In this document: in pieces, positions 5,815 through 20,969 of the stretch
Numbering within the stretch: the first letter of the stretch is position 1
Layout of the letters: the number at the start of each line of letters is the position of its first letter
Source of the DNA: Cupriavidus necator
Lineage (GTDB): Bacteria; Pseudomonadota; Gammaproteobacteria; Burkholderiales; Burkholderiaceae
Length of the DNA: 32,000 nucleotides
Reading direction: 5' to 3'
Assembly (NCBI RefSeq): GCF_016127575.1
Contig: NZ_CP066018.1
Location: 2,670,001-2,702,000 of the forward strand
Made by a program: the position numbers and the translations under genes
Notes under the pieces: generated by a model
Databases searched by the model: none
Told to the model about the DNA's origin: nothing
The model's input: the letters and a program-made list of their open reading frames with translations, nothing else

Positions 5815-6324
5815 ATGCATCACAATGGCATCGACGGCACGTCCGCCGGGACGTCTTCGCAGCCGGGGGACGGGGGGCCCGCGCCGGACGCGAATCCGTG
5901 GCAGGACACCATCGCCGCGGCGGACCAAGCACTGGAAGAGGCTTCGCGCATCCAACGCGGCGTGCAGCACAACCTGAAGCTGTTGCAGGAGGTGCGGTCG
6001 CTGCGCGAAGAGTTGCGCAAGGCCCATGCGGAGGTCGATCGCTACCGGGGCATGCATGCCCGGGTGGTGGTCAGCATGCGTCAGCTGGACGAAGACCATG
6101 TGGGGGAAATGAGCCGGCTCCAGGCGGCGAACGAGATGCTGCAGGTGCGTCATCGCGTCTACAAGCTGATGGCCGAGCACTACGCGCGCGCGGCGTTGAA
6201 CCTGGATCCGGAAACCTTCGCGGCCCATCGCGACCGCGTGCTGCAGCATGTCTTGTTCCAGCGCCGCAGGGGCGTGTCGTCCGACGATATCGGCTACGCG
6301 GACGTGGCTTTCCTGATGCTCTAG
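5815..6324 (+). CDS. Hypothetical protein with a predicted coiled-coil central region
   Basis: ATG at 5815 is preceded by AAGGGGAG. The N-terminus is low-complexity Gly/Pro-rich, followed by heptad-like charged helices (LKLLQEVRSLREELRKAHAEVDRY). No family was recognised. Confidence 0.5.
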   Translation: MHHNGIDGTSAGTSSQPGDGGPAPDANPWQDTIAAADQALEEASRIQRGVQHNLKLLQEVRSLREELRKAHAEVDRYRGMHARVVVSMRQLDEDHVGEMSRLQAANEMLQVRHRVYKLMAEHYARAALNLDPETFAAHRDRVLQHVLFQRRRGVSSDDIGYADVAFLML

Positions 6325-6333
6325 CGGCGATGC

Positions 6334-7512
6334 TCAGGCGGCGCGCCGGCGCAGCACGTGGAACGCCAGCATGCCGCCCACCACGCCCCAGAACGCGGAG
6401 CCGACACCCGCCAGGGTCATGCCGGACGCCGTGATCATGAAGGTCAGCAGCGCGGCTTCGCGCTCGGCCGGGATTTGCATGGCCACGGTCAGGCCGTTGG
6501 CGATCGAGCCCATCAGCGCGAACGCGGTCACGCCCACCACCAGCGCTTGCGGAAAGGCCGCAAACAGCGCCGCGATGCTGGCCGCCAGCGTGCCCGCGAC
6601 CAGGTAGCCCACGCCGCAGACCACGGCCGCGGTATAGCGGCGGTTGCGGTCGGGGTCGGCCTGCGGGCCGGTGCAGATGGCGGCGGTGATCGCCGCCAGG
6701 TTGACGCCGTGCGAGCCGAACGGCGCCAGCAGGGCCGAGGTCAGGCCGGTGATCGAGATCAGGCGCGAGGCCGGCACGTGGTAGCCGTCGGCTTGCAGCA
6801 CGGCCAGCCCGGGGATGTTCTGCGAGGCCAGCGCCACGATGAACAGCGGAACCGCCATGCTGACCAAGGCTGACAGCGAGAATGCCGGCGTGGTCCACAC
6901 CGGCACCGCCAACGCCAGCCGCACGCCCGAGAAATCGAGCTGGCCGAGCACGCCGGCGACCACCGCCCCGGTCAGCAGCACCCCTGGCACCGCATAGGCC
7001 GGCCACAGGCGCCGCCCGAGCAGGTAGGCGGCGAACATCGCCAGCAGCAGCACGGTCTGGTGCTGCGCCTGCACGAACACATCCACGCTGATGCGGAACA
7101 GGATGCCGGCGAGCAGGGCTGACGCGATGCTGGCGGGCAGGGCGCGCATCAGCTTGTCGAACCACCCGGTCATGCCGGCCGCGGCCATCATCAGCCCGGC
7201 CAGCAGGAAGGCGCCGATGGCTTCCGCGTAGGGCACGCCGGGCAGGCTGGCGATCAGCAGCGCCGCGCCGGGCGTGGACCAAGCCACCACGATCGGCACG
7301 CGCAGCGCCAGCGACAGGCTGATGGTGGTGATCCCCATTCCCATCGACAGCGCCCAGATCCAGGACGAAATCTGGGCATCGGTCAGGTGGGCGGCGTGGC
7401 CGGCCTGGATCATCAGCACCAGCGAACTGGTATAGCCGGTGAGCGTGGCGACCAGCCCGGCGACCAGCGCGGACACGGACAGGTCGGACAATTTCAGCGA
7501 AGCGGTGGTCAT
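6334..7512 (-). CDS. benE: Benzoate/H+ symporter BenE-family transporter
   Basis: This is a polytopic membrane protein. Its N-terminal segment VSALVAGLVATLTGYTSSLVLMIQ and later AWSTPGAALL are typical of BenE/YdcO. The ATG at 7512 gives 392 aa. Confidence 0.8.
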   Translation of the reverse strand: MTTASLKLSDLSVSALVAGLVATLTGYTSSLVLMIQAGHAAHLTDAQISSWIWALSMGMGITTISLSLALRVPIVVAWSTPGAALLIASLPGVPYAEAIGAFLLAGLMMAAAGMTGWFDKLMRALPASIASALLAGILFRISVDVFVQAQHQTVLLLAMFAAYLLGRRLWPAYAVPGVLLTGAVVAGVLGQLDFSGVRLALAVPVWTTPAFSLSALVSMAVPLFIVALASQNIPGLAVLQADGYHVPASRLISITGLTSALLAPFGSHGVNLAAITAAICTGPQADPDRNRRYTAAVVCGVGYLVAGTLAASIAALFAAFPQALVVGVTAFALMGSIANGLTVAMQIPAEREAALLTFMITASGMTLAGVGSAFWGVVGGMLAFHVLRRRAA

Positions 7513-7707
7513 GAAGGTGGCAGCAGGCCATTGGCACGGCCGACATCTTCGCATGAGTGCCTTGGTCGTACCAATTTGCCGCGGCGGCGTCCAGAAATCG
7601 CGGTTGACGGGGCTTTCCCTTACGGACTTTTCCGACTGGAGCGGGCAGGGGGGGCGTTGTTATGCTGGCTTCGTGCCTTGCGAGCAGGGCACCGAGGAGA
7701 GACTCTT

Positions 7708-7737
7708 GGGCCCGCAGTGCGCGGGCCCTTCTTTTTT
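7708..7737 (+). terminator. Rho-independent terminator with no annotated upstream plus-strand gene
   Basis: The stem is GGGCCCGC-AGTGC-GCGGGCCC, followed by TTCTTTTTT. It lies in the benE/uup divergent intergenic region, 110 nt before the uup ATG. Confidence 0.6.
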
Positions 7738-7846
7738 GGGGCCAGCCTTGGCCCGGCCCCGGTCGTCTACAATGCGGGCTGCCGTGCCACGCCAGCCCTG
7801 GCTGCCAGGCCGTCCCTCCTTTCCCTCGTCGTCTCGTCTTTTTCCC

Positions 7847-9776
<1,930 letters not shown>

Positions 9777-9778
<2 letters not shown>

Positions 9779-9799
9779 GGGTCAGGCAAGCCGACCCTC
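9777..9799. terminator. Hairpin spanning the convergent stops of uup and the small membrane ORF
   Basis: The sequence is GAGGGTC-aggcaagcc-GACCCTC, a 7-bp stem. There is no U-tract on either side, so function is uncertain. Confidence 0.3.
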
Positions 9800-9941
9800 A
9801 CCCGCACCAGGCCAACACCATGTTGGTCAGGTCGACCATGAACCCCGGCCGCAGGTAACCCACGAACCCAAGCGCCAGCACCCCGGCCAGCACCGCCAGC
9901 CCGGCTGCCTTCATCACGCGCGCCTGGGTCGTGCTCATCAT
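9798..9941 (-). CDS. Small single-TM membrane protein (47 aa), translationally coupled to the MFS gene
   Basis: Its ATG overlaps the MFS TGA stop (ATGATGA). There is one hydrophobic helix (AAGLAVLAGVLALGFVGYL). It occupies the C-terminal tail of an otherwise spurious 1274-aa antisense ORF in the track. Confidence 0.5.
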   Translation of the reverse strand: MMSTTQARVMKAAGLAVLAGVLALGFVGYLRPGFMVDLTNMVLAWCG

Positions 9942-11149
9942 GCCGCCGCCGGCTGCGCGCGCACCAGCGCCTGCTCGCGGATCGGCAGGTTCACCAGCGC
10001 GGCCACCACGCCCAGCGCGATCGCGATCAGCCACACGGTGTTGTAGCCGCCGGTGCGGTCGTAGAGGAAGCCGCCCAGCCAGGCACCCAGGAAACTGCCG
10101 ATCTGGTGCGAGAAGAACACCACGCCCGATAGCATCGACAGGTATTTCACGCCGAACACCTGGGCGATGATGCCGTTGGTCAGCGGCACCGTGGACAGCC
10201 ACAGGAAGCCCATGACCGCCGCGAACACCCAGGTGCTGGCCACCGTCAGCGGCAGCAGCAGGTAGCTGGCGATCACCACCGAGCGCGTCACGTAGATGGC
10301 GGACAGCAGGTAGCGCTTGGGCAGGCGCTGCCCCAGCGCACCCGCGGTATAGGTGCCGAATACATTGAACAGCCCGATCAGCGCCAGCGCCACGACGGCG
10401 ACTTTTGGGTCGGTCAGGCCCTGGTCCTTCAGGTAGGGCGCCAGGTGCACGCCGATAAACACCACCTGGAAGCCGCACACGAAGTAGCCCAGCGTCAGCA
10501 GCTGGAAGTTGCGGTTGCCGAAGGCTTCGTGCACGGCCTGGCCGATGGTCTGGTGGTGGCCGCCGGTGTGGGCCGCTTCGCGCGGCTCGCGCAGCGTCAG
10601 CGCCAGCGGCAGCATCACGCAGGCCATCAACGCCATTACATAGAGGGCGTTCTGCCAGCCCAGCCCGGAGATCAGGCCCTGTTCCACCGGGATCATCAGG
10701 AACTGGCCGAAGGAGCCGGCCGCGGCGGCGATGCCCATGGCCCAGACCCGCTTCTCGGGGCTGGCCACACGGCCGATCACGCCGTAGACGATGCTGTAGG
10801 TGGTGCCGGACTGGGCGATGCCGATCATCACGCCGGCACCAGTGGCAAAGGCGGTGCCGCTGGTGGCCAGCGCCATCACCACCAGCCCGGCCACATACAG
10901 CGCCACGCCGACCAGCATGATGCGCAGCGCGCCGAACTTGTCGGCGAGCGCCCCGGCAAAGGGCTGGCTGGCGCCCCACATCAGGTTCTGCAGCGCCAGC
11001 GCGAAGGCGAAGGTCTCTCGGTTCCAGCCATGGGCCTGGGTGATCGGCAGGTTGAACAGGCCGAAGCCGTGCCGGATGCCCATTGAAAGGGTCACGAGCA
11101 GCCCACCGCACACAAGTACGGTGGTCAGGGAGAGTTGTCGGTTCTGCAT
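9938..11149 (-). CDS. MFS transporter (oxalate/formate-antiporter-like or YhjX-like subfamily)
   Basis: The 403-aa protein has a 12-TM-type profile and an MFS signature region, PFAGALADKFGALRIMLVG. The start at MQNRQ (11149) was chosen; the upstream in-frame extension is Pro/Ala/Gly-rich. Confidence 0.85.
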   Translation of the reverse strand: MQNRQLSLTTVLVCGGLLVTLSMGIRHGFGLFNLPITQAHGWNRETFAFALALQNLMWGASQPFAGALADKFGALRIMLVGVALYVAGLVVMALATSGTAFATGAGVMIGIAQSGTTYSIVYGVIGRVASPEKRVWAMGIAAAAGSFGQFLMIPVEQGLISGLGWQNALYVMALMACVMLPLALTLREPREAAHTGGHHQTIGQAVHEAFGNRNFQLLTLGYFVCGFQVVFIGVHLAPYLKDQGLTDPKVAVVALALIGLFNVFGTYTAGALGQRLPKRYLLSAIYVTRSVVIASYLLLPLTVASTWVFAAVMGFLWLSTVPLTNGIIAQVFGVKYLSMLSGVVFFSHQIGSFLGAWLGGFLYDRTGGYNTVWLIAIALGVVAALVNLPIREQALVRAQPAAA

Positions 11150-11495
11150 GTCTTGGCTCGATGTGCGGCAGTCCCGCCGGGTAAGCGCGGTGCCGACAGG
11201 GATTGTGTGCTTGTTGTTGTCCATGCCGGGACGGCAATCGGGCTTGCCGGGGCCGGGTGCTGGCGAGTTTACTCCGGCTCGGGAAAACGCGTACGGCGCT
11301 GCCCGCGCTGCCGGCGCCCTGGCAAAAAGTGGCGGCGGCCCGGCAAAACCGGCGCCAGCGCGGGTCGGCAGGCCAAGCGCCTTTTTGGCGGGATTGCCGT
11401 CGCCCGCTTCCATTACAATGCAGTGCCCGGTGCCCCGGCGCGTGCACAGTTGTGCGCCTCATGGCAGCCGGGACCATCACTTTCGTAGCGACTCC

Positions 11496-13487
<1,992 letters not shown>

Positions 13488-13594
13488 GCGAAACCTGAGC
13501 GGAAAGCGGCGGCCGGTGATTGGGTAGATAATCCCCCAGTCTGCCTGGCCGTCATTCCCGACGGCCGCCAACGGACAGTAATCTGGAACGCACG

Positions 13595-14392
13595 ATGACG
13601 ACGAGAACTCCCGGCAAACCATGGCGCAAGGCGGCGGCAGCCGTCGTGGCGCTGGCCGGGCTCGCCTTCGTGCCGGCGGCGCATGCCGAGCTGTGGGGCT
13701 TTATCGATGCCGATGGCGTGGCGCACTTTGCCGACCAGAAGCTCGACGCGCGCTACAAGCTGTTCATGAAGGATGGCGGCAAGCTGGATACCGCGCGCCT
13801 GGCGGCGCGGCAGTCGCAGGCGGCCGCTGGCGCTGACATCGACCTGGAGCAGCACAAGCTGTACCGCTACGTCGTCAACCATCCCAATATCAAGACCGTC
13901 GAGCCGCTGATCCACCAGATCGCCGGCAAGCAGGATGTCGATCCCGCGCTGGTCAAGGCGGTGATGGCGGTCGAGTCGGGCTTCAACCCGGGCGCGGTGT
14001 CGCCCAAGGGCGCGATCGGCCTGATGCAGGTGATCCCCGACACCGGCGCGCGCTTTGGCGTGAACGCCGATGCGCGCCGAAGCATCGAGCAGAAGCTGGC
14101 CGATCCACGCACCAATATCACCGCGGGCGTGCGCTACCTGAGCTGGCTGATGCAGCTGTTCCCGAACAACCTGGAGCTGGTGCTGGCTGCCTATAACGCC
14201 GGCGAGGGCGCGGTGCAGCGCTACAACAACCGCATTCCGCCTTACCCGGAGACCCGGCAGTATGTCAGCACCGTGCTGCAGTTTTACCGGCTGTACCAGC
14301 CGCAGCAGGGCGCGGTGCTCAGGCGCGCCAGCGCCAGCGCGGACGGCCCGCGCGTGAAGATGGTCATCGGCGGGCGCCGCGCCATGCCCTGA
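13595..14392 (+). CDS. Lytic transglycosylase (SLT domain) with signal peptide
   Basis: The signal peptide is AAAAVVALAGLAFVPAAHA-EL. SLT motifs are AVESGFNPGAVSPKGAIGLMQV and AYNAGEGAV. Confidence 0.85.
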   Translation: MTTRTPGKPWRKAAAAVVALAGLAFVPAAHAELWGFIDADGVAHFADQKLDARYKLFMKDGGKLDTARLAARQSQAAAGADIDLEQHKLYRYVVNHPNIKTVEPLIHQIAGKQDVDPALVKAVMAVESGFNPGAVSPKGAIGLMQVIPDTGARFGVNADARRSIEQKLADPRTNITAGVRYLSWLMQLFPNNLELVLAAYNAGEGAVQRYNNRIPPYPETRQYVSTVLQFYRLYQPQQGAVLRRASASADGPRVKMVIGGRRAMP

Positions 14393-14464
14393 CCGGCATA
14401 CCCGAACAACAAGCAACCCGGCGCGCCGGCAGTTCAACGTGGCGCGCCGAATTCTTGCCTACCC

Positions 14465-16807
<2,343 letters not shown>

Positions 16808-16835
16808 TTAGCTGAATCGTCAGCCCAGGCGAATG

Positions 16836-16873
16836 TTTGCTCCCCTCTCCCGCAAGCGGGAGAGGGGAGCAAA
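16836..16873. repeat. 38-nt perfect palindrome (REP-like element / bidirectional terminator) between convergent genes
   Basis: The sequence is TTTGCTCCCCTCTCCCGC-AA-GCGGGAGAGGGGAGCAAA, with 18-nt arms. It lies between the parC stop (16807) and the ABC transporter stop (16882). Confidence 0.6.
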
Positions 16874-16881
16874 CCAGCGAC

Positions 16882-18711
16882 TCAATCCACTCCCACAAAT
16901 CCCCCGGTCTGATGCGCCCACAGCCGCGCATACAGCCCGCCGTGCGCCAGCAATTGCGCGTGCGTGCCGCTTTCCACGATATGGCCGTTGTCCAGCACCA
17001 CCAGCCGGTCCATGCGCGCAATCGTCGACAGCCGGTGGGCGATGGCGATCACGGTCTTGCCCTGCATCAGCGTTTCCAGGCTTTCCTGGATTGCCGCTTC
17101 CACTTCCGAATCCAGGGCCGAGGTGGCTTCGTCCAGGATCAGGATCGGCGCATTCTTGAGCAGCACGCGCGCGATGGCAATGCGCTGGCGCTGTCCGCCT
17201 GACAGCTTCACGCCGCGCTCGCCGACCTGTGCCTCCAGCCCGGTATTGCCGTGGGCGTCGACCAGGTGCGGGGTGAATTCGTCGGCGCGGGCGCGGTGCA
17301 GGGCTTGCTGCAGTTCAGCCTCGGTACTGGAGGGTTTGCCGTAGAGCAGGTTCTCGCGGATCGACCGGTGCAGCAGCGAGGTGTCCTGCGTGACCATGCC
17401 GATCTGTGCGCGCAGGCTTTCTTGCGTGACCGCGGCGATGTCCTGGCCGTCGATCAGGATGCGGCCGCGCTCGACGTCGTAGAGTCGCAGCAGCAGGTTG
17501 ACCAGCGTCGACTTGCCGGCGCCGGAGGGGCCGACCAGCCCGATCTTCTCGCCCGGGCGCACCGTCAGGTCCACGCCTTCGATGACGCCTGAGCCCTTGC
17601 CATAGTGGAATCCCACCCGCTCGAAGCGGACCTCGCCATGGGTGACGCGCAACGGCTTCGCGTCGGCGCGGTCGGTCACCACGCGCGGCACGGCTATCGT
17701 CTTCATGCCGTCCTGCACCTGGCCGACGTTTTCGAAGATGCCGTTGACCACCCACATGATCCAGCCGGACATATTGTTGATGCGGATCACCAGCCCGGTG
17801 GTGAGCGCAATCGCGCCGGTGGTGACGTGCCCCTCGCTCCACAGCCACAGGGCCAGCCCCGTGGTGCCGGCAATCAGCGCGCCGTTCATGGCGGTGATGG
17901 TGATGTCCATGCCGCTGATCATGCGCCCGGCCAGCCGCGACTTCTCGGTCTGCTCGGACATGGCGTCGCGCGCATAGTCTTCCTCGTGACGGGTGTGGGC
18001 GAACAGCTTGAGTGTGGTGATATTGGTGTAGCCGTCGACGATACGCCCCATCAGCCGGGAACGCGATTCCGTGGCGACCACCGAACGCTGCTTCACGCGC
18101 GGCACGAAGTGGAGCAGGGCGGCCACGTAGCACGCGATCCACAGCAGCAGCGGGATCATTAGCCGCCAGTCGGCCTGCGCGAACAGCACCAGCGAGCTGA
18201 TCGCGTAGATCACCACGTGCCAGATTGCGTCCACCGCCTGCACCGCGGAATCGCGCAGCGAGAAGCCGGTCTGCATGATGCGCTGCGCGATGCGCCCGGC
18301 AAAATCATTCTGGAAGAACGACAGGCTCTGCTTGAGCACGTAGCGGTGGTTCTGCCAGCGGATCAGGTTGGCCAGGCCGGGGTTGATGACCTGGTGCACA
18401 AGGACGTCGTGCAGGCCGAAGAAGATCGGGCGCAGCAGCAGCGCCACCACGGCCATCCACAGCAGCTCGTTGCGATGCCGGCTGAAGAACTCCGCGCCTG
18501 GCGTGGTCTGTGCCATGTCGACCAGCCGGCCGAGGAAGCTGAACAGCGCCACCTCGATCAGTGCGCCGACCAGACCCACCAGCAACAGCAGCGCGAACAC
18601 ACCCCACACTTCGCGCAGGTACCAGGCATAAAAGCGCCAGACCTGGCCGGGCGGCTCGTGGTCGGGCATGCCCCGGAAGGGGTCGATCAGTCTTTCCAGG
18701 CGACGCAACAT
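16882..18711 (-). CDS. ABC transporter, fused permease/ATP-binding protein (MsbA-like exporter type)
   Basis: The N-terminal half is a 6-TM domain. The NBD has GPSGAGKST (Walker A), LSGGQRQRIAIAR (signature) and ILILDEATSALD (Walker B). There is no N-terminal C39 peptidase domain. Confidence 0.9.
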   Translation of the reverse strand: MLRRLERLIDPFRGMPDHEPPGQVWRFYAWYLREVWGVFALLLLVGLVGALIEVALFSFLGRLVDMAQTTPGAEFFSRHRNELLWMAVVALLLRPIFFGLHDVLVHQVINPGLANLIRWQNHRYVLKQSLSFFQNDFAGRIAQRIMQTGFSLRDSAVQAVDAIWHVVIYAISSLVLFAQADWRLMIPLLLWIACYVAALLHFVPRVKQRSVVATESRSRLMGRIVDGYTNITTLKLFAHTRHEEDYARDAMSEQTEKSRLAGRMISGMDITITAMNGALIAGTTGLALWLWSEGHVTTGAIALTTGLVIRINNMSGWIMWVVNGIFENVGQVQDGMKTIAVPRVVTDRADAKPLRVTHGEVRFERVGFHYGKGSGVIEGVDLTVRPGEKIGLVGPSGAGKSTLVNLLLRLYDVERGRILIDGQDIAAVTQESLRAQIGMVTQDTSLLHRSIRENLLYGKPSSTEAELQQALHRARADEFTPHLVDAHGNTGLEAQVGERGVKLSGGQRQRIAIARVLLKNAPILILDEATSALDSEVEAAIQESLETLMQGKTVIAIAHRLSTIARMDRLVVLDNGHIVESGTHAQLLAHGGLYARLWAHQTGGFVGVD

Positions 18712-18814
18712 GGCAGGTTTCCCGTTGTGCCCGGCGCGCCCTGGCGTCTTCGTGGGAGGTGGGGGCGCGCGTGCGGCGGATCAGACACAACATGATACGC
18801 GCCTTGCACAATGG

Positions 18815-18838
18815 AAAAGCCCCGCCAGGGGCGGGGCC
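18815..18838 (-). terminator. Rho-independent terminator of the lactate permease gene
   Basis: The minus strand reads GCCCCGCC-CCT-GGCGGGGC followed by TTTTCC. It is 35 nt downstream of the permease stop. Confidence 0.7.
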
Positions 18839-18872
18839 TTGTCAGAACCGCAGTGCGGAAACTTCTGAATGG

Positions 18873-20555
18873 TCAGGGATGGTGGATCACCATATGCGTG
18901 AACGGCGGCACATAGGCCTGCAGCGTCACGAACAGGCCCACCAGGATCGCCAGCACGATCGAGTGGAAGAACACGTAGCGCAGGATGTCGCCTTCGTGGC
19001 CGTACCACTTGGTCGCGGTCGAGGCCACCACGATGGACTGCGCATCGATCATCTTGCCCATCACGCCGCCTGAGCTGTTGGCCGAGGCCATCAGCACCGG
19101 CGACAGGCCCAGCTGCTCCGCCGTGGTCTTCTGCAGGCCGCCGAACAGCACGTTCGAGGCCGTGTCCGAACCGGTCAGCGCCACGCCCAGCCAGCCCAGC
19201 ATGGTGCCGAACAGCGGATAGAACACGCCGGTGTGGGCGAAGGCCAGGCCCAGCGTGGCATCCAGGCCCGAGTAGCGGGTCAGGTAGCCGACGCCGAACA
19301 TCGCGCAGATGGTCAGCAGCGAGTAGCGCACCAGCTTGATGGTTTCCCAGTATTCCTTGAACAGGCGCGGCACCGAGTAGCCCATCAGCAGGCCGCCGGC
19401 GATGGCCGAGACAAAGATGCCGGTGCCGGCCATCGACAGCACGTTGAAGTTGAAGACCGCGCCTTCGATGACGTCCTTGGGCACGACCGGCGGCACCTTG
19501 ACGATGGCCTTGTCCAGCCCCGGGATCGGGAATTTCCACGCCCACAGGCTATCCATCAGCTTCTTGAACTCGGGCACGCCCCAGACAAAGACGAACACCG
19601 TCAGGATCACCCACGGCATCCAGGCCTTGGCCACCGAGATGCCGGCCGAGGCGGCGCTGGCGCGGGCATCGGCTTCGAGCGCTTCGGGATGGTCGACCTT
19701 GGAGTCGTCGTGGCGGCCCAGGATCCTGGTCGAGGTCCAGATCTCCTTCGGATGCCAGACCTTCAGGAACAGCGTCAGCGAGCCCATCGACACCAGCGCG
19801 GCGATCACGTCCACCAGCCACGGTCCGTGGTAGTTGGACACCAGGAACTGCGGGATCGCAAAGCTCACGCCCGCCACCAGGATCGCCGGCCAGATCGCCA
19901 GCATGCCGCGGAAGCCGGCAAAGGCCCAGATCAGCCAGAACGGCACGATTACGGAGAAGAACGGCAGCTGGCGGCCGATCATGGCCGACAGGTCGAGCAG
20001 GTCCAGCCCGGTCACCGACGCCAGGCCGATGATCGGGGCGCCCAGCGCGCCGTAGGCCACCGGCGCCGTGTTGGCGATCAGCGCCAGGCCCGAGGCGGCC
20101 AGCGGCGAGAAGCCCAGGCCGATCAGGATGGCGCCGGTCACGGCCACCGGTGTGCCGAAGCCGGCCGCGCCCTCGAAGAAGGCGCCGAAGCTGAACGCCA
20201 CCAGCAGCAGCTGCAAGCGGCGGTCCTCGGTGATGCCGGAGATCGAGTTCTGCAAGACCTTGAATGACCCGTTAAGGGTTGTCAGCCGGTGCAGGAAGAT
20301 GATGTTCAGCACGATCCAGCCGATCGGGAACAGCCCGGACACGATGCCCAGCCCCGCTGCCTTGCCGGCCATTGCCGCCGGCATGCCGAACACCGTGGAG
20401 GCGACCACGATGCCGATCAGCAACGCCAGCCCCGCCGCCAGGTGGGCCTGCATATGAAAGAACGCCAGCGCTGCCAGCAGCACGGCGACGGGAACGCCCG
20501 CGGCAATGGTCGACAGCGCCATATTGCCTAGCGGGTCATAGACTTGACTCCACAC
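18873..20555 (-). CDS. lldP: L-lactate permease (LctP family)
   Basis: The 560-aa polytopic protein carries typical LctP segments: LFPIGWIVLNIIFL, FSFGAFFEGAAGFGTPVAV and ANSSGGVMGKMI. Confidence 0.9.
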   Translation of the reverse strand: MWSQVYDPLGNMALSTIAAGVPVAVLLAALAFFHMQAHLAAGLALLIGIVVASTVFGMPAAMAGKAAGLGIVSGLFPIGWIVLNIIFLHRLTTLNGSFKVLQNSISGITEDRRLQLLLVAFSFGAFFEGAAGFGTPVAVTGAILIGLGFSPLAASGLALIANTAPVAYGALGAPIIGLASVTGLDLLDLSAMIGRQLPFFSVIVPFWLIWAFAGFRGMLAIWPAILVAGVSFAIPQFLVSNYHGPWLVDVIAALVSMGSLTLFLKVWHPKEIWTSTRILGRHDDSKVDHPEALEADARASAASAGISVAKAWMPWVILTVFVFVWGVPEFKKLMDSLWAWKFPIPGLDKAIVKVPPVVPKDVIEGAVFNFNVLSMAGTGIFVSAIAGGLLMGYSVPRLFKEYWETIKLVRYSLLTICAMFGVGYLTRYSGLDATLGLAFAHTGVFYPLFGTMLGWLGVALTGSDTASNVLFGGLQKTTAEQLGLSPVLMASANSSGGVMGKMIDAQSIVVASTATKWYGHEGDILRYVFFHSIVLAILVGLFVTLQAYVPPFTHMVIHHP

Positions 20556-20969
20556 GATCGATGTCCTCCTCAGGTTGGCTCAGGCGCCGGGACGATCTGC
20601 GTGCCCTCGGCGCCGTGCATGCGCTTTGCCCCGGCGAGCGGCATCCGCCGCGCGCGGGAAAGAACCAGCGATTGTAGGAACGGGTTCCGTGTTCGCTGTC
20701 GTATATTGCGTCATGCCTGGCATGAGCCACATTCAGGGATCAGGGTTTCCCTGGGGGGCATTGCGGCGCACGTGGTGCCTTCCAGGCACTCCGGCGAGAG
20801 TACTCTAAACGGCGCCTGTTGCAAAAGTCTGCGTGCCTGCCACCGGCTTGCATGACCGGCCCGGCAGCCATGCCGGGACTGGCATAAGCGCCGGCGCTCG
20901 GCGCATACTGGCGGGCGTCATGCCGCAGGCGCGCTGCCGCCCGCATCCAACCATTGAATGAGGCTGCCC

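Noticed and set aside
7439-7846. In-frame N-terminal extension of uup (the track ORF starts at 7439)
   Set aside because: The canonical Uup N-terminus begins at MALFSITD (7847). The extension is non-homologous, overlaps the benE 5' end and contains an intrinsic terminator.
16882-18711. ABC exporter as the dedicated transporter of the double-glycine-leader protein
   Set aside because: It has no N-terminal C39 peptidase domain, it is about 14 kb away, and it is separated from the small protein by housekeeping genes.
20556-20969. 414-bp region upstream of lldP: small ORFs (20575-20808, 20740-21009), a sigma-54-like GGCACGCAGACTTTTGCA motif, and a GGAAC-GG-GTTCC palindrome next to a minus-strand TACAAT
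   Set aside because: The ORFs have no RBS and have junk composition. The sigma-54-like motif has the wrong GG/GC spacing. The palindrome (20677-20688) with the -10-like hexamer (20671-20676) is plausible as an lldP promoter/operator but too weak to call.
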